From positions 1 through 36,802 of the forward strand of contig JBJEXU010000121.1 of assembly GCA_051886095.1 (NCBI GenBank): a stretch of DNA of 36,802 bases, given 5' to 3'. The notes under the pieces were generated by a model. The model had not been told where the DNA came from. It saw nothing but the letters and a program-made list of their open reading frames with translations, and made no database searches. Each line of letters starts with the position of its first letter. Position 1 is the first letter of the stretch. Source of the stretch: Christensenellales bacterium. GTDB taxonomy: Bacteria > Bacillota > Clostridia > Christensenellales > UBA1242. Shown piece after piece: positions 1-9,500 of the stretch. The position numbers and the translations under genes were made by a program.

Positions 1-420
1 GGAATGAGAAATATATAATTTTGGAGTGGTTCCGTTATTGAAAAAATCGGGATTTGAAATTACTGATTTTATCATTCGTGTTCCGTAACCTTTGTTATGT
101 AATTTCGGATTAACTACTAGATAATCTATGTGGTAAATAGATGGAGCAAAACTCGCATTCCCTAACAAAATAGCTCCCACTAATTGATTGTCTTCAAAAC
201 AATAAAATAAACTATCGTTAGGTTTTGAATTTTTCAAAGTAGTGGTTGTAAATGTCTTTAAAAAATCATCTAAAGGCATTGCAGAAGTAATGTACCTTTT
301 TACTTTGGTTGATTTGCTCCACGAGTTTACTTCATTAGAAATATTTTTACCGAGTTCGCTATTAAGTTCGCTTGATTTAAGCCATAATAATAAATTTTTT
401 TCATCTTCTAGTTTGTTCAT
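1..420 (-). CDS. GNAT-family N-acetyltransferase, paralog 1 (C-terminus outside window)
   Basis: ORF not in the supplied track because it runs off the left edge. My reverse-strand translation from ATG 420-418 gives 140 codons with no stop: MNKLEDEKNLLLWLKSSELNSELGKNISNEVNSWSKSTKVKRYITSAMPLDDF...IDYLVVNPKLHNKGYGTRMIKSVISNPDFF. It is collinear with the two ORFs downstream. GNAT motif A (HNKGYG) is present. SD AAGGA lies upstream of the ATG. Confidence 0.7.
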   Translation of the reverse strand, partial: MNKLEDEKNLLLWLKSSELNSELGKNISNEVNSWSKSTKVKRYITSAMPLDDFLKTFTTTTLKNSKPNDSLFYCFEDNQLVGAILLGNASFAPSIYHIDYLVVNPKLHNKGYGTRMIKSVISNPDFFNNGTTPKLYISHS

Positions 421-483
421 ATTAGTCCTTTTATTGGTAATATTATGTAAGTAATTGACAATATACCATTGATAATTGACAAT

Positions 484-1113
484 TTATAATGTCTTTTCTT
501 CGGTGTTTTTAGTAATTGGTGATTTGAAATAATAAATTTTATATAGTCGACCTGTTGATGATGTATTTTTATCAATTTGTTTAAATCCGTTACTTTCAAA
601 TGCTTTGCAACTAGAAATATTTTCTTCCTCTACAGATGATATTATCCCTTCGGGATTATATTGATTGCTAAAATATAAAATATTGTCTTTTATAGATTTT
701 ATCATTCGGGTTCCATATCCTTTACCCTGAAGTTCTGGATTTACAATAATATAATCTATAGTGGTGTGTTTATATTCTCCTAAAGGAGATGTTGTATAAA
801 TTAGTCCGATAAGTTTTTCTTTATTAGAGCATAAAAATAATCCAGTAAAATTATTTGGCGAACTATTTTTAGGTAGCATTGATTCAAATAATTTATCCAA
901 AGGGGTTTTTGAAGCAATAAACCTTTGAACATTAGGATTGCTTGACCATTCTCCTATTTGTTTGAATTGCTCTTGATAATAACTTAAGTTTTCTAAATTG
1001 ATACGATTCCAAGTTAAATCATTATTTTCGTCAAACAACATCATTTCAGATTTTGTGCTTTCTTTATGTGGTTGTATTTTAGTAAATAAATTCTTTAAAA
1101 TCCCCATATTCAC
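484..1113 (-). CDS. GNAT-family N-acetyltransferase, paralog 2
   Basis: 209-aa ORF with acetyl-CoA motif IDYIIVNPELQGKGYGTRMIKSI and C-terminal NISSCKAFESNGFK. The track start at 1113 is a GTG overlapping the SD (AGGTGA). ATG at 1107 or the later MML start are alternatives. Confidence 0.75.
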   Translation of the reverse strand: MNMGILKNLFTKIQPHKESTKSEMMLFDENNDLTWNRINLENLSYYQEQFKQIGEWSSNPNVQRFIASKTPLDKLFESMLPKNSSPNNFTGLFLCSNKEKLIGLIYTTSPLGEYKHTTIDYIIVNPELQGKGYGTRMIKSIKDNILYFSNQYNPEGIISSVEEENISSCKAFESNGFKQIDKNTSSTGRLYKIYYFKSPITKNTEEKTL

Positions 1114-1231
1114 CTACTTTGTAAAATTTATACTGGCATTAAATTATTAAATAAAATGCATTTAAGCAAATTGTGTTTGTAATTTTAATACAAAGAATGC
1201 TATTTCAAAATTAATTATAGTAAAACATTTT

Positions 1232-1759
1232 TTATTTTTGCATATTTCTCTCTGAAAAGAAAAATCTTAAATATTTAGTGATTATCTTGCTTTTAGGTTT
1301 TTGCAAAACTTGAAAATTGTTTTTAAGAAATGCTTTTTGGCTTGCTAGATTGGTTTCGCTAACCGATGCTACAAATTTTCCGTTATATTTATCACCTACA
1401 AAAAATTGTGGATTGCTTGTAATTGATTTTATCATTCTCGTACCAATTCCCCTGCCTTGAAGTTCGGGATTGACAACAATGTATTCAATGGTGGAATTGT
1501 CGTCTTTAAAATATGGCTCTGATATAAGAACTGCTCCAGCCAAAATTTTTTTATCAAAACAATAATAAATATTACAACCATCGTCAAAGAAATCTAGAAA
1601 AAGGGAAGATACCGGCTGTTCGTTGGATATGTATTCCTGTACATTTGGTGCGGACGACCAACTATCTAATATCTTATTGTTTTTTCTAAAAGCTGATGGG
1701 TGATATTTGTCATATTTTTCCCACATTAGATGAGTGTCATTATCAAATAATTTATCCAT
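1232..1759 (-). CDS. GNAT-family N-acetyltransferase, paralog 3
   Basis: 175-aa ORF with IEYIVVNPELQGRGIGTRMIKSI (motif A) and NLASQKAFLKNNFQV. It shares the N-terminal W..SWSSxPNVQxYI signature with paralogs 1 and 2. Confidence 0.75.
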   Translation of the reverse strand: MDKLFDNDTHLMWEKYDKYHPSAFRKNNKILDSWSSAPNVQEYISNEQPVSSLFLDFFDDGCNIYYCFDKKILAGAVLISEPYFKDDNSTIEYIVVNPELQGRGIGTRMIKSITSNPQFFVGDKYNGKFVASVSETNLASQKAFLKNNFQVLQKPKSKIITKYLRFFFSERNMQK

Positions 1760-1822
1760 AATATTTACCTTATTAATATCTTAAAATTAATATCTTAAGT
1801 AAATTTTTTAAGTTTTATAATT

Positions 1823-3175
1823 TTATTTGCCAACGCAGAACTTGCTAAATATATCGTCAATAATCTTTTCGTTGTCTGAATTTCCTGTAATGTCGCCTAA
1901 GGCTAACCAAATATTTTTAATATCGATAGAAATTAAATCGAGATTGTTGTTGCCGTGCAGACTTAATAGAGCCTGTTTTAAATATTCTAGTGCTTTAGTT
2001 ATTGCATTTATGTGTCGTGTATTTGTTAAAACTACAGCGTTATTATTTATATTTTTGTGTGTAACAAATTTTAGTAAAGTTTCTTTAAGGGCATCTATGT
2101 TTTCACCAGTTAAAGTTGATATTTCCAGTACCTTTTTAAATGGTAAATTGTCAATATTAACTCGTTTAATCAAATCGGACTTATTGACAATAAGTATCGT
2201 ATTATTGTTATTTAATTCGGACATAATGTCATAATCTTCTTTAGCAAGAGGTTCAGAACCATCGATAATATATAGAACAATGTCGGCTGATTTCAGCATA
2301 GATTTAGATTTGTTTATCCCTATGTTTTCTACTAAATTATCAGAATTTCTAATACCAGCACTATCAATTAAAATAAACTTAAATCCTTTGTAAGTAAAGG
2401 TTTCTTCAAGTAGGTCTCTTGTTGTTCCTTGAATGTTGGTAACTATTGCTCGTTCATAATTAAGTAGACTATTAAGTAGGCTAGATTTACCTGCATTTGT
2501 TTTGCCGTAAATTAAAACTTTTACACCATCTTTGATACATTTACCATATGATGCGGTATCAAGTATTGAATTAAGTTTTTCTTGTACAAGCGATAAAGTA
2601 TTTTCAATATTTTCTATAGTTTCTTCTTCTAAGTCTTCTTCGGGATAATCAAGAGTAACTTCGATTTTGGCAAGTAGTTCTGTTAAGGTATCTTGTAATA
2701 TAGAAATCTCATTTTTTAATTTACCTTGTAATAAATCATATCCTGCTTTTAATTCACTATCACTTTCAGCGTTTATAATATCAATAATTCCCTCTGCTTC
2801 GTCTAGAGATAACTTTCCGTTTAAAAATGCAAGTTTGGAAAATTCGCCTTTAGTTGCAACATCACAACCAAGTTCCACAAGGCTTTCAAAAATTCTATTA
2901 GTTAATGTTATTCCACCGTGACAATGAAATTCAATTAAATCTTCGCCAGTATAGGAATTAGGTGCTTTGAAATAGACGCACATACATTTATCGCAAATGC
3001 CTTTATATTCAAATTTGCCAAGATACATTTTTCTAGGCTCAAAATCTTTAACTTCCAAATGATTTGTATGAAAAACTTGAGAGGCAATGTCTAATACAGA
3101 TTTACCACTCATTCTTATTATTGATATTCCACCATTTCCAATGGCTGTTGAAATGGCTACAATATTTCTTTCCAT
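1823..3175 (-). CDS. mnmE: tRNA modification GTPase MnmE
   Basis: 450 aa. G-domain motifs GKTNAGKSSLLN, DSAGIR and NKSD. Diagnostic C-terminal FCVGK (CxGK) tail. Confidence 0.93.
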   Translation of the reverse strand: MERNIVAISTAIGNGGISIIRMSGKSVLDIASQVFHTNHLEVKDFEPRKMYLGKFEYKGICDKCMCVYFKAPNSYTGEDLIEFHCHGGITLTNRIFESLVELGCDVATKGEFSKLAFLNGKLSLDEAEGIIDIINAESDSELKAGYDLLQGKLKNEISILQDTLTELLAKIEVTLDYPEEDLEEETIENIENTLSLVQEKLNSILDTASYGKCIKDGVKVLIYGKTNAGKSSLLNSLLNYERAIVTNIQGTTRDLLEETFTYKGFKFILIDSAGIRNSDNLVENIGINKSKSMLKSADIVLYIIDGSEPLAKEDYDIMSELNNNNTILIVNKSDLIKRVNIDNLPFKKVLEISTLTGENIDALKETLLKFVTHKNINNNAVVLTNTRHINAITKALEYLKQALLSLHGNNNLDLISIDIKNIWLALGDITGNSDNEKIIDDIFSKFCVGK

Positions 3176-3622
3176 AATATTGCCTCTATAATTAATTTCT
3201 GCTTGTTTATAAAATTTTAATAAATTGTAACTATACCAAATTCATTAAAGTTTTAAATAAACACATTTTTAATATTTTACCATAAAATAAGTATTTGTTA
3301 ATAGGCTTTTATAAAAAATTTTTATAATTTTTGATTTTTGATTTTATAAAAAAAGAAATTAATTAGAGAAAAAGAAATGTGATTTTTATATTTTTAGGTG
3401 ATACATACGGTTGAATATACTCTAATATAAAGCCTAAATACGATTATGAAAAAATTGTCGAATAACAGGCAAAATTGTTTGGTTATATATATATAATATG
3501 TTAAAATAACTACAGTATATCTAATCGTAAAATTTTGAATGTTTCAAGATATTTAGTTGCTATGTTGCATAGACTAAATGTGAAAGCCAAAAATTGTTTT
3601 TTATATAATTATAGATAGAAAA

Positions 3623-5092
3623 ATGGAAAATGAGAAAATGGAAAAGTTAAAAAGAAGTAGTGGTGTATTGTTACATATTACTAGTTTGCCTAATGCTTAT
3701 ACATTAGGTACTTTTTCGTGTGAGGCTCTAAGGCTGATTGACTGGTTAGAGGCGGGAGGTTTTAAAGTCTGGCAAATCCTTCCTATAACCGATTGTGGCT
3801 ATAAATTTTCGCCTTATAGTGCTAAATCTTCGTTTGCCATTAATCCAACACTTATTGATTTAACCGAGTTCTTAACTGAAACCGAATTGAATAGTTTTTG
3901 TTTCAATAAAAATGGTGATGTTTTAGTAGAAGAAAATAAAATTTTAAGCGCTATTGACCTAATCTATGATAAGTATAGAAATGATTTTGAGTTGTCCCAA
4001 TTTGAAAAAGAAAATAAATATTGGCTGGAAGATTATGCGCTTTATAAAGTCATAAAAAGTCTTAATAATAATTGCTCGTGGGAGAATTTCCCAAAGCAGT
4101 TAAGGGATAGAAATGTAGCATCTATTAACTCATTTAAATTAGAACATTCTAAAGAATTAGATAGAATTAAGTTCACTCAATTTATAGCAGATAAACAATG
4201 GAAGAGAATTAAGGAATATGCGAGTAAGAAAGATATTCAAATTTTAGGAGATATGCCGTTTTATGTGGAAATGGATAGTGCAGATGTGTGGTCTAATCCT
4301 AAAAATTGGAAATTAAATTCTGATGGAAAAGGCGAAGTTGCAGGTGTTCCACCCGACTACTTTAATGAAAATGGTCAATTATGGGGAAATCCTATATATA
4401 ATTATGAGACTATGGCAAAGGACAAATATTCTTTTATAATAAAACGATTTAAACGCCAAGCGGAATTATTTAATATAGTGAGGATTGACCATTTTATTGC
4501 ATTTAGTAGATATTGGGCAATTCCAAAAAGTTCTAGCACTGCAGTTAATGGCAGATGGGTTAAGGGATTTGGTGAAGAAATCTTAAAAGAGATAATGTCT
4601 AAAGTAAAAGTAAGTATTATTGCCGAGGACCTTGGAGTGGTTACTAGGGAAGTAATAGATTTAAGAGAAAAATTTGGTATTCCCGGTTTAAAGGTTCTTC
4701 AATTTGCTTTTGATGGAATGGGGGATAACATATACCAACCACATAATTACGAAAAAAATTGTGTTGCTTATATTGGAACTCACGATAATGACACATTTAT
4801 GGGTCTACTTAATAATTCCGATTGGGATAAACTTAATCGTTTTAAAAGATACCTTAGAATACCTCTTGAATGGGGAAATGATGCTGTTGTGGATAATTCA
4901 ATTATTTCACTTTATCGAAGTAGTGCAAACTTAATTGTATTTACAATGCAAGATATTCTTAAACTAGGTAGCGAAGCACGAATGAATACACCGGGTGTAA
5001 TTGAGGGTAATTGGGCGTGGCAGTTGGATAAATTACCTAGTGTAGAACTTTGCGGTTGGTATAAAGACCTAGCAAATTTATATGCAAGATAA
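3623..5092 (+). CDS. malQ: 4-alpha-glucanotransferase (amylomaltase, GH77)
   Basis: 489 aa with RSSGVLLHITSLP N-terminus, VRIDHFIAF, IIAEDLGV and YIGTHDNDT motifs typical of MalQ. An alternative in-frame ATG is at 3638. Confidence 0.88.
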   Translation: MENEKMEKLKRSSGVLLHITSLPNAYTLGTFSCEALRLIDWLEAGGFKVWQILPITDCGYKFSPYSAKSSFAINPTLIDLTEFLTETELNSFCFNKNGDVLVEENKILSAIDLIYDKYRNDFELSQFEKENKYWLEDYALYKVIKSLNNNCSWENFPKQLRDRNVASINSFKLEHSKELDRIKFTQFIADKQWKRIKEYASKKDIQILGDMPFYVEMDSADVWSNPKNWKLNSDGKGEVAGVPPDYFNENGQLWGNPIYNYETMAKDKYSFIIKRFKRQAELFNIVRIDHFIAFSRYWAIPKSSSTAVNGRWVKGFGEEILKEIMSKVKVSIIAEDLGVVTREVIDLREKFGIPGLKVLQFAFDGMGDNIYQPHNYEKNCVAYIGTHDNDTFMGLLNNSDWDKLNRFKRYLRIPLEWGNDAVVDNSIISLYRSSANLIVFTMQDILKLGSEARMNTPGVIEGNWAWQLDKLPSVELCGWYKDLANLYAR

Positions 5093-5223
5093 ATTTATAT
5101 CAAAAATTTTTAACTTAATAGATTGTATACACAAAACAAAGAAAACTAAATAATTGCGGGCTTAGATAAAAAGTAAAATAGTAAAATAATTGCGTAAATA
5201 GCCCATACGCAGTATGGAGAAAA

Positions 5224-7116
5224 ATGGAAAATATTAACGAACAAATTTATTTATTTCATCAAGGTACATATTATCACGCTTATGAACTACTTGGCTGTCA
5301 CCCATACACCAAAGGTGATAAGACTGGGTATGTATTCCGCACTTGGGCACCTAATGCAACTAAAATTAGTGTAGTAGGTGATTTTAACGGCTGGAATAAC
5401 ACTTTGAATCCTATGAAAAGAATAAGCGAAGATGGCGTATGGGAAGCATTTATTCCTAATGTAAAAGAATTTCAGATGTACAAATATGAAATTACCGATA
5501 AAAATAATTATGCTAGACTTAAGGCCGACCCCTATGCTTTTATGCAGGAAACTAATGGGAAAACAGCTTCAATGGTATATGATATTGAAGGATATAATTG
5601 GCAAGATGAGGGTTATTTAAAACACCGTAAAACTAAAAACAATTATACTAGTCCTATGAATATATATGAGGTTAATTTCTGTTCGTGGAAAAAACAATCC
5701 GATTGCAGTTACTATACATACAAAATGCTAGCGGACGAACTAGTGCCTTATGTTGTTGATATGGGATATACACATATTGAGATAATGCCTATTACCGAAT
5801 ACCCTTATGATGGTAGTTGGGGTTATCAAGTAACGGGATATTTTGCGCCATCAAGTAGATTTGGCTGTCCTAAAGACTTTATGTATTTTGTAGACAAATG
5901 TCACGAAAATGGAATTTCAGTTATTATAGATTGGGTTCCTGCACATTTTCCTAAAGACGCACACGGACTAATAGAATATGACGGCGAGTGCTTGTATGAA
6001 AATCAAGGCTGGGATAGGAAGGAACATAAATCTTGGGGAACTAGAAGATTTGACTATGGCAGAAGCGAGGTTCAGAGTTTCCTTATTTCTTCGGCAATGT
6101 TATTCCTTGATAAATATCATATAGATGGAATTAGGGTTGATGCGGTTGCTTCTATGCTTTATCTAGATTATGACAAGCGTCCGGGTGAATGGATACCTAA
6201 TGTTTATGGCGAAAATAAAAACCTTGAAGCAGTTGCATTTTTGCAAAAACTAAATGCAAGTATTTTTAAAGAATTTCCGAATGTTCTAATGATAGCAGAA
6301 GAAAGCACCGCTTGGCCAATGGTAACTAAACCTGCACATTTGGGAGGTTTGGGATTTAATTTCAAATGGAATATTGGTTGGATGAATGATACTTTAGAAT
6401 ATGTAAAAACTGACCCATATTTCCGTAAGTCTATTCATAACAAACTTACATTTTCGATGTTCTATGCATTTAGCGAAAACTTTATCTTGCCTATATCTCA
6501 CGATGAGGTTGTGTATGGTAAATGTTCGTTGCTAAATAAAATGTTTGGCGAGTATAACGATAAATTTAAATCTATGCGTGCATACCTAAGTTATATGATG
6601 GCTCACCCTGGAAAAAAACTTACCTTTATGGGCACTGAATTTGCACAATTTAAGGAATGGGATTATCAGGCGGGAATAGATTTCTGCCTACTTGACTTTG
6701 AAACTCACAACAATATGTTTAAATTTGTAAAAGCACTAAATCATTTTTATTTAGAAAGACCGGAACTTTTTGAAGAGGACTTTTCTTGGAAGGGTTTTGA
6801 TTGGTTAGTTCCTGATGATAATAATCAGAATGTGCTTGTATTTAGAAGAATGGATAAATCGGGAAATGAACTTATTTATGCAGTTAATTTTTCTGCAGTG
6901 ACAAGAGAGAACTATAGTTTTGGCGTAAATGCTAAAGAATATGAAGAGGTATTATCAACCGATTGGAAGGAATTTGGTGGAAGCGGTATAACCAATGGTA
7001 AAGTTACTGCAGTTAAAGAAAATTATCGAGGAAAGAATTATAAATTAACAATTACAATCCCTGCACTTAGCGGAGTGTTCCTAAGTAGAAAAACTAAAGA
7101 TCTAAGGATAGATTAA
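5224..7116 (+). CDS. glgB: 1,4-alpha-glucan branching enzyme (GH13)
   Basis: 630 aa. Conserved regions DWVPAHF, GIRVDAVASM, MIAEEST and ISHDEVV. SD GGAGA lies 5 nt upstream. Confidence 0.93.
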   Translation: MENINEQIYLFHQGTYYHAYELLGCHPYTKGDKTGYVFRTWAPNATKISVVGDFNGWNNTLNPMKRISEDGVWEAFIPNVKEFQMYKYEITDKNNYARLKADPYAFMQETNGKTASMVYDIEGYNWQDEGYLKHRKTKNNYTSPMNIYEVNFCSWKKQSDCSYYTYKMLADELVPYVVDMGYTHIEIMPITEYPYDGSWGYQVTGYFAPSSRFGCPKDFMYFVDKCHENGISVIIDWVPAHFPKDAHGLIEYDGECLYENQGWDRKEHKSWGTRRFDYGRSEVQSFLISSAMLFLDKYHIDGIRVDAVASMLYLDYDKRPGEWIPNVYGENKNLEAVAFLQKLNASIFKEFPNVLMIAEESTAWPMVTKPAHLGGLGFNFKWNIGWMNDTLEYVKTDPYFRKSIHNKLTFSMFYAFSENFILPISHDEVVYGKCSLLNKMFGEYNDKFKSMRAYLSYMMAHPGKKLTFMGTEFAQFKEWDYQAGIDFCLLDFETHNNMFKFVKALNHFYLERPELFEEDFSWKGFDWLVPDDNNQNVLVFRRMDKSGNELIYAVNFSAVTRENYSFGVNAKEYEEVLSTDWKEFGGSGITNGKVTAVKENYRGKNYKLTITIPALSGVFLSRKTKDLRID

Positions 7117-7118
7117 TT

Positions 7119-9488
7119 ATGGATAAGACTTTAAATGATTTGATGAATATTGTCAGTCGTTCAAGGCAAATTGATGAGGTTGGTAAGACTTCAAGCGTAA
7201 AAACTCCGACAAATGCGAGTATCCACAATGACGATTTGTTAGGAAAAGAAAGGACTATAGAAACTAGCCCTAAACTTTCTAATGACGATAATGCCGAAAT
7301 GAAAAAACAAACCTCTAATACAAGTACAAAATCAACAAGTACAACTAAACCTGCTACTAAAAAGTCTACCACAAAGAGCACAACAAAAACTGCTACAAAA
7401 TCAAATACAAAGCAATCTACATCAAAGCAGACTCACACTAAAGCAAAATCTGAAACAAAAACAACTGAAAAAAAGTCCACAACTACTAGTAGCACAAAAA
7501 CAAAAAGTGTATCTATTGCTAAAAAAGAAGATAAATATGCCGAACTTCGTTCTTCGTTGCTTAATGGAGTAGAGAATACTAAAATTTCACAACAAAATCA
7601 AGAGAGTAATATAAATCCTATAAGCGAGACTAATCAAGAAATTAAGTCATCTATGCCTTTTGAACTTGATACTGGCAACAAAGAATTAGATAGAAAAATT
7701 GCCGAGTTTTATAGAAGAAAACAAGAAAAAATTAATAAGAATTTTACTAGCGAAGACAAAGTTAATGAAAATGAGCAAATTATTGTCAATGAGAGTTTTG
7801 AAGACGAAGAAAATTTAGGCATTAACACATCTTATAGCGGTGAAAATAAAAATATCTATAATTTATCTAACGAGAATACTGACATAACCGATTATATTTT
7901 AACTAGTAATATCCCAACCGATGAAAATGAAGAAACAACACAAGTTGTAGAAAGTGAAAATGTAGATAAAGATGCTTTAGCAAATAGTGTAGTAGATAAA
8001 TTGTTAGATGAGTTTAATAAGATTGAAGAGAAATTAGACAAGAAACCAAAAGAAGAAATGAAAGTATTATATGTTGCCAGTGAGTGTCAGCCTTTTGTGG
8101 CATCGGGTGGACTTGGTGATGTTGCTGGTAGTTTGCCTAAGGCTATTGCTAAGAATGGTGGAGTTGATATTAGAGTTATCTTACCTTTGTATGGTACTAT
8201 CAAGCGTGATTATAGAGATAAATTCGAGTATCTATGTAATTTTACAGTTCACCTATCTTGGAGACAGGAATATTGCGGATTATTTAGATATTATAGTGAT
8301 GGTGTAACTTACTACTTTATTGACAACGAAAGATATTTCAAAAGAGATAAACTTTATGGGTACTATGACGATGGAGAAAGGTTTGCATATTTTAGCAAGG
8401 CAGTAGTTGAGGCATTACCATATCTTAATTTCTTCCCAGATATTATTCATTGTAACGATTGGCAGAGTGCTTTAGTTAGTGCATATATAAAAACAGGAAA
8501 CTGGTCTGATTATAGATATTATAAAATTAAGAATATTTATACTATACACAATGTGGAATACCAAGGTGTGTATGGTATGGACACATTAAAAGATTTATTT
8601 GGAATAGATAATAGATTCCGTAACGATGTAGAATATAATGGAGACATTAATTTAACAAAATCGGCAATACAATATTCTGACAAATTTACCACCGTTTCGC
8701 ATAGTTATTGCGATAACTTAAAACAACCATATTGTTCAAGAGGTCTTCATCATATAATCATTAGAAATGAATATAAACTAAGTGGAATTTTAAATGGTAT
8801 AGATTATGATTTTTATAATCCAGCAACAGATGCTTGTTTGTATAAAAATTATGATATAAATAGCATAGACGATAAGGTTATTAATAAGAAACGTTGGCAG
8901 GAAGAAATGGGACTACCTGTAGATGGTGAAACTCCTATGATTTCTATTGTAAGTCGACTTGTAAACCACAAAGGTATTGACCTAGTTATTAAGGTTATAG
9001 AAAATATCTTGCAACAAGATATTCAATTAGTTGTTGTAGGTACTGGTGACCAAAAATATGTTGATTACTTTAGATATTTAGAAGGTAAATATCCAACAAA
9101 AGTTAGGGCACTTGTTAATGAGTATTCTAATGAGAATGCTCGTAAGGCTTATGGAGCAAGTGATATTTTCTTAATGCCAAGTAAAATCGAGCCTTGTGGA
9201 ATTTCACAGATGATTGCATCTAGATATGGTAGTATTCCAGTAGTAAGAGAGGTTGGTGGACTAAAGGACACAATAAAAGACTTTGGTTGTGAAGGTGGCG
9301 GAAATGGCTATACCTTTACAAATTACAATCCAAATGACCTATCCTATCAACTTAATAGAGCAATTAAAGATTTTAGAGACAGAACTAGTTGGAGAGAAAA
9401 AATTAAAACTTGTATGAGTGTAGATTTTACCTGGGATAAACCGGCTAAAGACTACATTAAATTGTATAGTTCAGTGTGCGGAAAATAA
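7119..9488 (+). CDS. glgA: Glycogen synthase (GT5) with a 313-aa low-complexity N-terminal extension
   Basis: The C-terminal 476 aa (from M314, nt 8058) begin MKVLYVASECQPFVASGGLGDVAGSLPKA and are collinear with bacterial GlgA. Residues 1-313 are in the same frame with no stop and are STK-rich then N/E-rich. The start is 2 nt after the glgB stop. Confidence 0.85.
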   Translation: MDKTLNDLMNIVSRSRQIDEVGKTSSVKTPTNASIHNDDLLGKERTIETSPKLSNDDNAEMKKQTSNTSTKSTSTTKPATKKSTTKSTTKTATKSNTKQSTSKQTHTKAKSETKTTEKKSTTTSSTKTKSVSIAKKEDKYAELRSSLLNGVENTKISQQNQESNINPISETNQEIKSSMPFELDTGNKELDRKIAEFYRRKQEKINKNFTSEDKVNENEQIIVNESFEDEENLGINTSYSGENKNIYNLSNENTDITDYILTSNIPTDENEETTQVVESENVDKDALANSVVDKLLDEFNKIEEKLDKKPKEEMKVLYVASECQPFVASGGLGDVAGSLPKAIAKNGGVDIRVILPLYGTIKRDYRDKFEYLCNFTVHLSWRQEYCGLFRYYSDGVTYYFIDNERYFKRDKLYGYYDDGERFAYFSKAVVEALPYLNFFPDIIHCNDWQSALVSAYIKTGNWSDYRYYKIKNIYTIHNVEYQGVYGMDTLKDLFGIDNRFRNDVEYNGDINLTKSAIQYSDKFTTVSHSYCDNLKQPYCSRGLHHIIIRNEYKLSGILNGIDYDFYNPATDACLYKNYDINSIDDKVINKKRWQEEMGLPVDGETPMISIVSRLVNHKGIDLVIKVIENILQQDIQLVVVGTGDQKYVDYFRYLEGKYPTKVRALVNEYSNENARKAYGASDIFLMPSKIEPCGISQMIASRYGSIPVVREVGGLKDTIKDFGCEGGGNGYTFTNYNPNDLSYQLNRAIKDFRDRTSWREKIKTCMSVDFTWDKPAKDYIKLYSSVCGK

Positions 9489-9500
9489 GGAGAAAAGGTA

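Noticed and set aside
1772-1798. 13-bp tandem direct repeat ATTAATATCTTAA x2 between mnmE and the GNAT gene
   Set aside because: It is short and AT-only, and the spacing does not give a sensible -35/-10 pair. It is probably slippage in AT-rich spacer DNA.
1827-2921. Plus-strand ORFs 1827-2234 and 2667-2921 antisense to mnmE. Similar antisense ORFs occur at 242-454, 417-599, 4704-4934, 7094-7381, 8071-8307, 10092-10316, 11772-12017, 13942-14187, 14956-15186, 17242-17525, 19090-19389, 21955-22137, 22912-23106, 23523-23717, 23858-24248, 25575-25868, 26727-26993, 28367-28588, 29518-29754, 31303-31523, 32285-32581, 32788-33186, 33656-33850, 35151-35336, 35624-36540
   Set aside because: These are shadow or alternate-frame ORFs inside strongly supported genes. 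They have low-complexity Ser/Leu-rich translations and no RBS.
3176-3622. 447-bp AT-rich divergent spacer between mnmE and malQ as a possible oriC
   Set aside because: I found no TTATCCACA/TGTGGATAA-type boxes, even allowing one mismatch, and no dnaA/dnaN is adjacent. It is more simply a divergent promoter region.
5148-5208. Direct repeat AAATAATTGCG x2 and hairpin TGCGTA-aatagccca-TACGCA in the malQ-glgB spacer
   Set aside because: The stem is only 6 bp with no T-run, so it has no clear terminator or riboswitch character. It could be a minor processing site, but the sequence alone gives too little support.
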